Made by a program: the position numbers and the translations under genes
The notes under the pieces: model-generated
Database searches by the model: none
What the model saw: the letters and a program-made list of their open reading frames with translations, nothing else
Told to the model about the DNA's origin: nothing
Shown: positions 13,461-24,081 of the stretch, in pieces
Position numbering within the stretch: position 1 is the first letter of the stretch
How the letters are laid out: each line of letters starts with the position of its first letter
From: Octopus sinensis
Taxonomy: Eukaryota
Length of the DNA stretch: 64,000 nt
Assembly: GCF_006345805.1 (NCBI RefSeq)
Contig: NC_043004.1
Location: forward strand, 36,580,001 to 36,644,000
Reading direction: 5' to 3'

Positions 13461-13996
13461 CTGAAAAACACAAAAATACAAATCAATTGCTAAAAGAAAA
13501 CTTCAAATATATATTTTTAAATTTGTAATCGTGTTATGATTAATGTTAAATTATGAGGAGGGAAAATGTGCTTATTAATAAAACTAAAAAGTTGTTTATC
13601 CATAATGTACAGTTCGGTGTATTTATGTAAGTAACGAAATTATGAAATTTATAAACGTTGAACAGAAAAATTTCATATAAATTTAGGACTTAACTTTCGG
13701 TTACAACAAGAATAATCTCTGAAGGAGAATGTGGTGACATGAAAATTATTTTATTTCTCGTGGGTTTTAAGATACACAACCTTCGGTCGCAATGAGACAC
13801 ATACATATATGTAGCTGTGTCTTCAGTGTTTTTATTAGATGGCTAACTGGCCTTAAAATGTTCCATGAGATCTTTCGATTCAATAATTAAACTTTACTTT
13901 TTATTTGTCAACGTCCATCAAAAATTGACGTCAAAGATAATTGGTTGGAAAATGTCAGTGGAGTTCAAATATATTGCCCTAATTAATTCTAGTCAA

Positions 13997-14690
13997 TATT
14001 ACTAAATATAGCAAGATGGCGGTCCGACGGAATCGCTAGCCGGACGAAATGCTTAGCGGCAATTCATCCGTCTTTCCGTTTTGAATCTAGATTCTCCAGA
14101 TTGCCTTTCATCCTTTCGAGGTCGATAAAATAAGTACCAGTTGTGTACTGGGGGGTCGATGTAATCGATTAACCTTTCCCCTGAAATTGCTGACCTTGTG
14201 CTAACATTTGAAACCAATTATTATTAAATATAGTAATGACGAATAGCTGGCAGGATCGTTAGCACCCCGGCAAAAATGCTTAACGGCATTTCGTTTGTCT
14301 TTACATCCTGAGTTCAAATGGCACCGGAGTTGACTTTGCTTTTCATTATTTCGTGGTCGATAGAATAAGTACCAGTTGAGTTCTGGGGTTGTAGTAATCG
14401 TCTTAGATCCCCCACCAACTGCTGGCCTTGTGCCAAAACTTGAATCCAATATTACCAAATATAGTGTAAGGAGTCGAGCTGATAAAATCGTTTGCACGCC
14501 GGGAAAATGCCGAGCGGTATTTCGTCCGTGTTTACGTTCTGATTTCATATTCTGCCGAGGTTGACTTTGCCTTTCTTTCTTTCGAGGTCTATAAAATAAG
14601 TACCAGCTAAACACTGGGGTTGATGTGATCGACTTTCTCCCCAACCAGAATATGCTGGCCAAAATTTGAAAGCAATGTTACCAAATCTAG
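13997..14690 (+). mobile_element. Three diverged SINE-A copies, each bounded by a 15-bp motif TRTTAYYAAATMTAG
   Basis: Motif at 13997, 14219, 14450, 14676; SINE cores lie between. Confidence 0.8.
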
Positions 14691-15566
14691 TACTACTAAT
14701 CGCTACTGGCAATTATCTCTAATCAGCATTGCTAAATACAGTACTATTATTCACCTGCTGTTCTGACTTTCAAAGCTAAACATGTCGGGTTCAAATTCGA
14801 AGAAGTCTAGTTGATAGACACTAAGAGAAAAACACATACACTATATTATTTGCTCGGAAACATATTCAATGTGTTTGAATGAAGTAATCAGTATTTTAAA
14901 ATATTTCATTCCTTTCCCAAATATTTCTTGATTTGTACACTCGTTAATTATGAGTAATTATTTTAGTCTCTTTTAAAATAATTGTGGATTCAATATTCTA
15001 CAGATGTCATGTATAACTATAAAAGAATTTCCTATCAAAATAATTCTGTTACTGGTTGGTATGCTTCAATACATGGAAAGTTAATTCAGTATCTTGAATA
15101 TGACAAACTAATTCTGTTTGGCGTAAATTCTACGAAAGTAGATGTAACACTCACATAACACAACAATAACAATTTACGTTTGTTTTGATTAAACAATTTA
15201 TTTGTTTTATCCCAGTCGTAAATAATCATAAGAATGTTCTCGATATTTCATGATAGAAATACAGCATATCGAACTATTCATTTTTAATAGTATTAAAGCT
15301 GCAACTAATATAATTTATAAACCAGTTTTAATCGATTTGATTCGATTTGGTTTTCTAAATTCAAACAAGTGATTGGTTGTAAATTTATTACCTAAAACTG
15401 GAAAACTATTTGTTTGGAAGCTCTTTCATATTTAGAGTTAAATCAAATTAAATCCTGCAGTTTAACATTTTCTATGTATGTGTGGCTCCTTATTCCTGAA
15501 TACCAAAATGTTTCTTTTTCGTCGTTGACAGTTGGTGAGAATCTGTAGATCATTTCTTATCTACAG

Positions 15567-15749
15567 GAAACCGAAATGTTACACGAAATAAACGTTTGCC
15601 TCGACAAGAATATTTGATATCATTTATTAATACCATGTCACGGTTTCTCATTATAGGAGTGCTGGCCTTGATATGCAGCATATCTTGGGCACTTTTAGGC
15701 CCAGCAGAGCCCATCCCATCGAAGCCGATTTCTTCTGGAGACAACAGAC

Positions 15750-15783
<34 letters not shown>

Positions 15784-15832
15784 GGGGAGAGAAGGTATTG
15801 CCAGGGGCGCATGTTTGCTACTTTATTTATAG
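15567..15832 (+). CDS. Candidate nested antisense exon or small ORF encoding a signal peptide: MSRFLIIGVLALICSISWA/LLGPAEPIPSKPISSGDNRQKERKKERKKERGRE... (ATG 15635; possible donor after 15794, otherwise stop at 15832)
   Basis: Acceptor catttcttatctacag|G at 15566/15567; ACCATG Kozak context; n/h/c signal-peptide layout with S-W-A at -3/-1; possible donor GAGAAG|gtattg. Confidence 0.45.
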
Positions 15833-16479
15833 ATACGGAAACAAAATGAAAGCCAAGACTGACTTCAGCTGGATTCTAACCCGCAGCGTACAGAGCCGAA
15901 ACGATTCTCGTAAAACAAGCTATCCAAAGCTGCCTTCTATTCTCTATTAATTCTACCCTGTGTTATATACTTAACATGAATTGTAAAGGGATATATTCTA
16001 TTTTGTTACAAACATATAATCGTATATTTTCTCTGTGCTTTCCCGTGTTCTAGCAAATTTAACATCTCAATAGTCGAATGATGATCTAGAAAGGAGAAGC
16101 TACGAAACCAATAGAATGTTTTTAAAAAATTTGGAAGGGTGTTAATGTAAGGCCACTTTTGTAAGAGAATAAAAAATTCTGGGGAATAGTTTAAATGTAG
16201 CTTCACAGATATCACACATTTTGTTTTTTTTAGTCAGCAAGTAGAAGTAATATTTGTCTATCACAAAGCAGTATTACAGGTGTTTGGAGTTTTTTGCTGC
16301 TCGGGAAATGATTGAATATTTGCACACAAGAAAATCTTATTCTCCCTTTTTCAACAAAAATTATAACAATGTTACAAAAGAAAGACATGTATCAAGTAAT
16401 CATTCTGGTAACCTGAGTGAAAATGTGAAATTTGTTTCAGTAAATATATACACATATGCATGTGTGTGCGTATATATAT

Positions 16480-16522
<43 letters not shown>

Positions 16523-16868
16523 TATGAGTATATAGTGAACAAATACACTTATCTACAAGTTAAAATATATCAACACGTGCAAATCCAGTATTTTTACGAG
16601 ACCGATAGGGAGAGTATAACGCCAAGAGGAATCAGCTTAATTTCAAAATAAATCACTTATATTAAAGCTGTTGAATGCTATTCTGTTGAATGTATTTCTC
16701 GCAAGACTTCAGGAATTTACAAATATTTTATATTTTTTCCCTGCAATATGTCATTCCAATGTAATTTAACACTATATTTCCCAGGAAAAAAATCTATTGC
16801 AGCATTACGAAACGAAACCTAGCACAAAATATTACTATTTTTATCATGAATAATAATAATAATAATAA

Positions 16869-16900
<32 letters not shown>

Positions 16901-17074
16901 TGCAGTAGTAGTAGTACAATCAACGAATTGAATTTCGATGAAGTAAACTTAATTTATCAAATTGTCGGCAATATAAAATATTAATATATTCCTTGATATG
17001 CGTGGGATTTGAGGTTTTCTGGGTGTATATTGATCTCTGGAATGTATCTGTATGTATATAATTTTATGTATGCT

Positions 17075-17117
<43 letters not shown>

Positions 17118-17392
17118 TATAATATATATATATAGTTTTATACACTATCCTAAAATTGGTACAGAATAACGGTAATTCTGTTCAGTTGTGCGGGAGTGAT
17201 CCGGGTAAGTGGCAGTAAGACCGGCAAACCCGATTTCTTGATCTCTGGCAGTTAACACGCAGCTGTGGTGCTAATATTGGGATTAAATTATGTCCAAGGA
17301 AAGCAAGTGATTGGTGTGGTGAGAAAGTGAGTAATCTGAGGACGAGGCGAAGTGAGGGAAAGATGAAACAACGTTGTCTTTTGATATGTAGT

Positions 17393-17725
17393 GAAGGCGC
17401 GTGGCTTATTGGTTACGGTACTCAGCTTATGATCGTAAGATTGCAAGTTCGATTTCCTGCGGTGCTTCGTGTTCTTGAACAAGCTACTTTATTACACGTT
17501 ACTCCGGTCCACTCAGCTGGCAAAAATAAGTAGTACCAGTATTTCAAAGGGCCAGATTTGTTACATTATGTGTTACGCTGAATCTCTTTGAGAACTACGT
17601 TAAGGATAAGCTTGTCTGTGGAGTGCTCAGCCATTTGCACGCTAATTTCACGAGGGAGGCTGTTTCGTTGATTGGGATCGGATCAACTGGAACGCTCGTT
17701 GTAATCGCTAGGGTGTGCCAGTATT
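17393..17725 (+). mobile_element. tRNA-derived SINE family D
   Basis: gaaggcgcgtggcttattggttacggtactcagc...gttcgatttcctg head followed by a ~250-bp body. Confidence 0.7.
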
Positions 17726-17910
17726 TTAATAACAAATGAAAGTTTGAATCATTCTGTATAAACACGCACACACACGTTTGGTTTTACAAACAATAGAAAG
17801 CGGAACTGAATTAAAATGTAGTGCCAATATATATAATATATATATATATTATATATAATATATATACATACAAATATATACACACTCATATATATATATA
17901 TATATATATA

Positions 17911-19255
17911 ACGGGAAGCTTTATGAAAATAAACAAAAGACGAAGGCAGGTGGAAAACAAACGAACAATTGTATTAGTATGGCGCTCAGGAAATATAAAT
18001 AAAACAAGTCTTTAACGTTTCGAGCCTACGCTCTTCAACAGAAAGATACAGAGAGAGAGAAAAAACAGAAAGAAGGAGGAAAAAAAATGCGTGCAGTAGC
18101 TAACGAATCAACATGGCGATCTGATTTCGGCCAGAGGTCAAAGATCAAACATGAGACGCGAGAGCGAAATAAGGGGAGATAATAGGTTGAGGGACCAATA
18201 AAGTGCGTGGGAGGGGTCTGGATTGTGTATGTATAGGGTGGTGTATGTATTAGTATGTATAAGGTGTGTGTTGTGTGTGTGTGTGTGTGTATGAGAGAGT
18301 ATCAGTGCGTGGGATTGGTCTGGACGTGCGTATGTATGGGGTTGGTATGTATTAGTATGTATTAGTATGTATTAGTACGTATTGGTATGTATAGGTGTGT
18401 GTGTGTGTGTGTGAGAGAGTATAAGTGCGTATGCGGGGTCTGGACGTGTGTATGTATAGGGTTGGTGTAAGTATTAGTATGTACTAGTATGTATTAGTAC
18501 GTATTAGTATGTATTAGTTGGTGTGTGTATTAGTATGGCACATCATATGGGATGTGATGTGTAAAGTCATGTGGTGTAGTGAGGGAAGAGGGGAGGGGAG
18601 AAGAGGGGGGGAGAAGGAGGGGAGGGGGAGAAGAGGGGGAGGGGAGGGTGAAGAGGAAGGGATGGGGAGAAGGAAGGGGAGGAGAGGGATGAAGGAGGAA
18701 AGAGGGAGAGGGGGAGAGAGAAGGGGGAGAGAGGGAGTGAGGGAGCAGAGGGAAGAGGAAGAGGGGGAGGGAGAAAGAGGGAGAAGGGAAGGGGAGTAGG
18801 GGTGAAAGGATGAAGGACTGAAGAAGTGGGGGTCGGGGGGAGAAAGGATAGGTGAGGAGGGGGGAGGGGGGGTTAGATGAGGAGGGGGGAGAGTTGAGAC
18901 CAAATGGCGTATAAGAGCGAAGAGAGAAGATGATTATTCCTGTTCACGGCGCAAACGGGAATCCGGATGGCCTCTGTGTAAGGACAAACCGAACACAGAT
19001 AGGTGTTGCAAGGAGTGACCGGTGGAGCGGAAATGGCGTGAGACCGGTGTGTCGTTCGCAAGGTGGATGTCACGAAGGTGTGTTCCGCGAACCGGTCAGC
19101 CAAGCGGCGTCCCGTTTGTCCGATGTACAAGGAATTGCAGAGAGAGCAAGAGATGCAATAGATAATATTGCTGGAGGTGCAAGGTGAAGGAGTGGATGAT
19201 GGGATAGGGTCGATGGTGGGTGCTAGTGAGGCGGGTGGTGTTGGAGAGGTAAGGG
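17911..19255 (-). repeat. PLE pseudo-LTR, 3' copy (GIY-YIG coding end, polypyrimidine tract, 10-bp repeat array, hammerhead-like motif)
   Basis: Direct repeat of 22412-23758; differences are mostly 1-2 nt indels. Confidence 0.92.
18009..18046 (-). ncRNA. Minimal type I hammerhead-like motif in the PLE pseudo-LTR
   Basis: RNA: UCUUU-CUGUUGA-A-GAGC(GUAG)GCUC-GAAAC-GUU-AAAGA. Stem I UCUUU/AAAGA, 4-bp stem II, loopless palindromic stem III (ACGU). The core deviates from CUGANGA at position 6. Confidence 0.7.
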
Positions 19256-21781
19256 CAAGTGCGGCAACGTGGGCGGGAGCAGGGGAACGAGCCGGGTTGG
19301 GAGGTAGGGTCAGGGAAGGAGCTGGACCAAAAGGTCTCGAAGGTTGTGGGCTCGTTTGAAAGAGGGGAGGGTCGGTTAGGGAAGAGGTGTGAAGTGGACG
19401 GGTCGGACTGGAGATGACGGAAAGCTCGAAGAATGGTGCGTTGGAGACGTAGGGTCGTGGGGTGGTAAGTGAGGGGAAAAGGGAGGCGGGAGACTACAGG
19501 GCGGGTTCGGGGAGAGAGAGCAGATACACGGTCCACGGACCGTGCTCTGGCAAGGGCGGTGTGGATAGTGGTGAGGGGGTATCCACGTAGGGTGAAGTGG
19601 TGAGCCATACGTTGAGACTGAGTCTCAAAGTCATGGTCGTCACTACAGAGCCTACGTAGACGGAGGAATTGGGAATAGGGGATGGAAAGCTTGGTGTGTT
19701 CTGGGTGGGAGGAAGAGAAGTTGAGGTATGAGTGTGAGTCTGTGTGTTTGTAGTGAATGGAGGTGGTAAGAGTGGAGTGAAGAATGCTAACCGAAATGTC
19801 GAGGAAGGAGACAGAGGTGTTGGAGATAGTGGAAGTGAAGTGGAGGGCTGGATGGAAAGATTGGACGAAAGAGAGGAAGGAATCTAGATGTTCGCGGGAG
19901 AGTGAGGTGGCACCGATAATGTCGTCAATATAACGACCATATAGTTCAGGAGTGGGACCAGTGAAATTAGAGAATATTTGGGCCTCAACATAGCCAACGA
20001 ACAGGTTCGCATAGTTGGGGCCCATTCGCGTTCCCATGGCCACTCCCGAGACCTGATGGTAGAACTCGCCCGCGAACGAGAAGCAGTTCAGAGTAAGGAC
20101 AAGTTCGGCCAGACGAATGAGTGTGGAGAGGTGTCAGGTACAGGGTTAGAGCGGAGGTCAAGAAAGTGTCGAAGGGCCTGCAGTCCTTCGTGAGGGAGGA
20201 TAACAGTATAGAGGCTTTGGATGTCCATAGTAAAAAGGATTTTGGAGGAGCCGGGAGGAAAGGAGGAAAGAGTTGAAAAGCCGGAGAGCATGGTTGGTAT
20301 CGTGGATGTGGGAGGGAAGAGATGCCACTAGGGGGGCAAGGACACGGTCGAGGTATTTAGAGATGAGCTCCGTGGGCAGTTACAGGCGGAGACGATGGGG
20401 CGGCCAGGGTTGTTGGGTTTGTGGATTTTGGGGAGGAAGTAAATGGTGGGGGTACGTGGGGTTCGCACAATTAGGTTGGATGCGGTGCGGGGGAGACGGG
20501 AGGACGAGATGAGGTCTTGGACAGTAGAGGATACCGTCTGTTGGTAGCTACGTGTGGGGTTAGAGGGCAGAGGGGAATAGAAGGAGGTGTCATTGAGTTG
20601 GCGGAAAGCCTCGGCCCTATAGAGGTCCGCGCGCCACACCACTACAGCTCCACCCTTGTCAGCCGGTTTGATGATAATGTCAGCGCGCCGTTGGAGGGAA
20701 CGAAGAGCCAAGAGCTCAGCCGGGGAGATGTTGAGGCGGCGTTGGCGCCTGGAGAAGTTGAACCGCTCCAATGCACGCTGACAAGCGCCCGCGAAAAGAT
20801 CCACTGCTAGGATCTGGCCAGGGGCAGGCGTCCACGGGGATGGTCGGCGGCCCAGGCCAGTGAAGCAGTCGTCCTCTTCGTTGGGTGTGGTGGCGAGTCG
20901 TGGTAATGCGCACCCAACCGGACACGGCGCACAAAGCTGTGGACATCAACTCGCGTCTGGAATTCCTTACAGGATGGAGTGAGGGGGATGAAACGCAGAC
21001 CCCTACCAAGGACGGAGCGTTCAGCCGCAGAGAGGGGAAGATCGGGGGGAATGGTAACAACAGACGGAAGTGGAGAAGGGGTGGGTGGAATAGAAGTAGG
21101 AGGGGTGGTAGGTCTCGTGAGGTCTGAGGGGGAGGGATTGGGGAGGTGGTGGGGGGTGGTTGGGCGGGGCAGTAGGGTTAGGTGTAGGTGGATGGAGCCT
21201 AACGGGAGGGGAGAAGGGGTTGTAGGGAGGGCAGTGGGGTTAGGTGTGGGTGGATGGAGCCTATCGGGAGGGGAGAAGGGTGGTGGAGGAGTTGGGGTAG
21301 TGGCGTCGGGTAGGGTGGAATGGAAGAGTGATTGGAGTTTACGAAGTTTGGTATCAGAAAGAAATTGATGGAAGAGTTGATTCAAATGGATAATGAAGCG
21401 TAGCGTGTTTGGAGCATAGAGAGGCGGCAGAGAGGAGAAGAAGGTGGAGAAAGCAGGAGGAAGAAGGCGGTTGATGGCATGTAGTTTGGAGAGATTGGAG
21501 CGAATGGTGGCCCGCATAAGGCGGTAAGATGTGGTGCGGAGTATGGGTAAGATGGAAGAATCCGAGTGGAGAGCAGGGTGGAAGTGGAGGCGGAAACCTT
21601 TAGGGATGAGTCGGTGATGTAGGCAGCGGCTTAGGAAAGAGACATGGCTAGAGAAGCGGGTTTTTTTAAAAAGAAGTAGAGAGAGATTAACGGACGGCTG
21701 AAGGCGATATACAGGAAGCGAACGTAGATGATCCTTCAAACGGTGATTGAGGGTGAGGAGGTAGGACCTAGGATCCGGCAT
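18873..21781 (-). pseudogene. PLE polyprotein (N-terminal domain + reverse transcriptase + CCHH/GIY-YIG endonuclease), broken into about five frames by small indels
   Basis: Probable start MPDPRSY (ATG 21781-21779). Motifs FLSRCLHHRLIPKGF; IIIKPADKGGAVVVW; YFLPKIHKPNNPGRPIVS; TMDIQSLYT; AMGTRMGPNYANLF; RYIDD; HYKHTDSHSYL..SSHP; CSRPRCRTCP; YIGQTGRRLADRFAEH; EQELIFSL...PFGLN (last motif read from the 23-kb copy). Confidence 0.92.
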
Positions 21782-22411
21782 GATGGGATAGCGGAAAAAA
21801 AACGTTCGAAAAAACAAAAAAAACAAAAAACAAAAATTATCGTATGAAAAAAATAGAAAAAAAGGGGAAAAAAACAAACGTTCAAAAAAACAAAAAAAAT
21901 AAAAAAATAAAAAAAATAATAATCGTATGAAAAAACTAGATAAGTAAGCGATAGGGGCAGAAAAGACGGGGCAAACGGAAAAGGGAAAGAAAGAAGGGAA
22001 GCAGAGAGAGGGGGAGGCAAAAAAAGGGGGGTGCAGGCAGAGGAAACGGAGTATGGACATCCAGAGAGGGAAGAAAGACGGAAAGGAGAACAAAAATTCA
22101 GGAAAATGTGGAAAGCATGAAATGAATGTAAAAAAAGTGGTAATATAAGAGAAAATAAAAATACAACAAACGGGACAGTTTATGCGAACAAGTTCAAGGT
22201 TGAAAGTTCAAGGTGAGAAATGTGTAGACGTCGTGGTATATTTTTTAAGGATTTCACATCAATGCAAAGTCACTTTGATCCGCGCGAAAGAGAGGTGCAG
22301 CCGATGGTAAGTATCCAAGAGGTAAAGAAAATCCAAGGTAGAGGTAAGTGTTGATAGTGGTATTGGTAGAATATAGGATGAAAGTGAGACCACGTGAGCG
22401 CATAATATATA

Positions 22412-23758
22412 ACGGGAAGCTTTATGAAAATAAACAAAAGACGAAGGCAGGTGGAAAACAAACGAACAATTGTATTAGTATGGCGCTCAGGAAATATAAA
22501 TAAAACAAGTCTTTAACGTTTCGAGCCTACGCTCTTCAACAGAAAGATACACAGAGAGAGAAAAACACAGAAAGAAGGAGGAGAGAAAAAAATGCGTGCA
22601 GTAGCTAACGAATCAACATGGCGATCTGATTTCGGCCAGAGGTCAAAGATCAAACATGAGACGCGCGAGAGCGAAATAAGGGGAGATAATAGGGTTGAGG
22701 GACCAGCTAAAAGTGCGTGGGAGGGGTCTGGATGTGTGTATGTATAGGGTTGGTGTATGTATTAGTATGTATAAGGGTGGTGTGTGTGTGTGTGGTGGTG
22801 TATGAGAGAGTATTAGTGCGTAGGATTGGTCTGGACGTGCGTATGTATGGGGTTGGTGTATGTATTAGTATGTATTAGTATGTATTAGTACGTATTGGTA
22901 TGTATAGGTGTGTGTGTGTGTGTGAGAGAGTATAAGTGCGTATGCGGGGTCTGGACGTGTGTATGTATAGGGTGTGTGTAAGTATTAGTATGTACTAGTA
23001 TGTATTAGTACGTATTAGTATGTATTAGTTGGTGGTGTGTATTAGTATGGCACATCATATGTGATGTGATGTGTAAAGTCATGTGTGTAGTGTAGTGAGG
23101 AGAAGAGGGGGGAGGGAGAAGAGGGGAGAAGGGGAGGGGAAAGAGAGGGGGAGGAGAGGGGGAAGAGGAGAGGATGGGGAGAAGGAAGGGGAGGAGAGGA
23201 TGAAGGAGGGAAAGAGGGAGAGGGGGAGAGAGAAGGGGAGAGAGGGAGTGAGGGAGCAGAGGGAAGAGGAAGAGGGAGGGAGAAAGAGGGAAGAAGGGAA
23301 GGGGAGTAGGGGTGAAAGGATGAAGGACTGAAGAAGTGGGGTCGGGGGGGAGAAAGGAGGTGAGGAGGGGGAGAGGGGGGTTAGATGAGGAGGGGGGAGA
23401 GTTGAGACCAAATGGCGTATAAGAGCGAAGAGAGAAGATTAATTCCTGTTCACGGCGCAAACGGGAATCCGGATGGCCTCTGTGTAAGGACAAACCGAAC
23501 ACAGATAGGTGTTGCAAGGAGGGTGACCGGTGGAGCGGAAATGGCGTGAGACCGGTGTGTCGTTCGCAAGGTGGATGTCACGAAGGTGTTCCGCGAACCG
23601 GTCAGCCAAGCGGCGTCCCGTTTGTCCGATGTACAAGGAATTGCAGAGAGAGTAAGAGATGCAATAGATAATATGCTGGAGGTGCAGGTGAAGGGTGGAT
23701 GATGGGATAGGGTCGATGGTGGGTGCTAGTGAGGCGGGTGGTGTTGGAGAGGTAAGGG
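22412..23758 (-). repeat. PLE pseudo-LTR, 5' copy
   Basis: Direct repeat of 17911-19255; starts inside the zinc-knuckle linker (PYLSNTTRLT) and ends at cttcccgt-tata. Confidence 0.92.
22510..22547 (-). ncRNA. Minimal type I hammerhead-like motif, second pseudo-LTR copy
   Basis: Identical to 18009-18046, exactly 4501 nt upstream on the minus strand. Confidence 0.7.
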
Positions 23759-23794
<36 letters not shown>

Positions 23795-24081
23795 CATGTG
23801 TGTGTTTGTGTGTGTGTGTGTGTGTGCATAGTTTAGCTTGCTTTTCTATATTCCTATATGGTGAGATTCCCTTCGTATTTCCATGCGTCTATATTTAATG
23901 TGATTGTAAATAAATCCATTTATATTCACGCGTGTGATGATGTTCTATCCATCCATACGTATTATTTCCCAGTATAAAAACGAGCCAAGTAGTAAACATT
24001 GCCCCGTTGTTTAGAATGGTATGATAAATTTTAGAATAAAGAACCAAAACAAACGAACATCAGAACTTTTACGACGTTGTC

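Larger units (their letters stand above)
17911..23758 (-). mobile_element. Penelope-like retroelement (C-terminal GIY-YIG, Neptune-like), partial-tandem insertion with two pseudo-LTRs, inserted in a (TA)n microsatellite
   Basis: RT and GIY-YIG motifs (see ORF). The 3' 1345 bp (17911-19255) is directly repeated at 22412-23758. Both outer ends abut (TA)n tracts. Confidence 0.93.

Noticed and set aside
8498-14690. Regularly spaced repeats suggesting a CRISPR-like array
   Set aside because: Units are 220-230 bp SINE copies in a eukaryotic intron; no short repeat/unique spacer structure and no cas genes.
17393-17470. tRNA-like A/B-box sequences (also at 32660-32745, 33725-33800, 52624-52710)
   Set aside because: These are SINE heads followed by SINE bodies; no complete cloverleaf, so not called as tRNA genes.
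18518-21368. G/R/E-rich plus-strand ORFs and alternative-frame minus ORFs inside the PLE
   Set aside because: Antisense or shadow frames of a GC-skewed element; no independent motifs.
21782-22093. F/L/S-rich N-terminal extension of the 428-aa ORF
   Set aside because: It is a T/C-rich low-complexity leader with an internal ~70-bp duplication; recognisable PLE protein starts at MPDPRS (21781).
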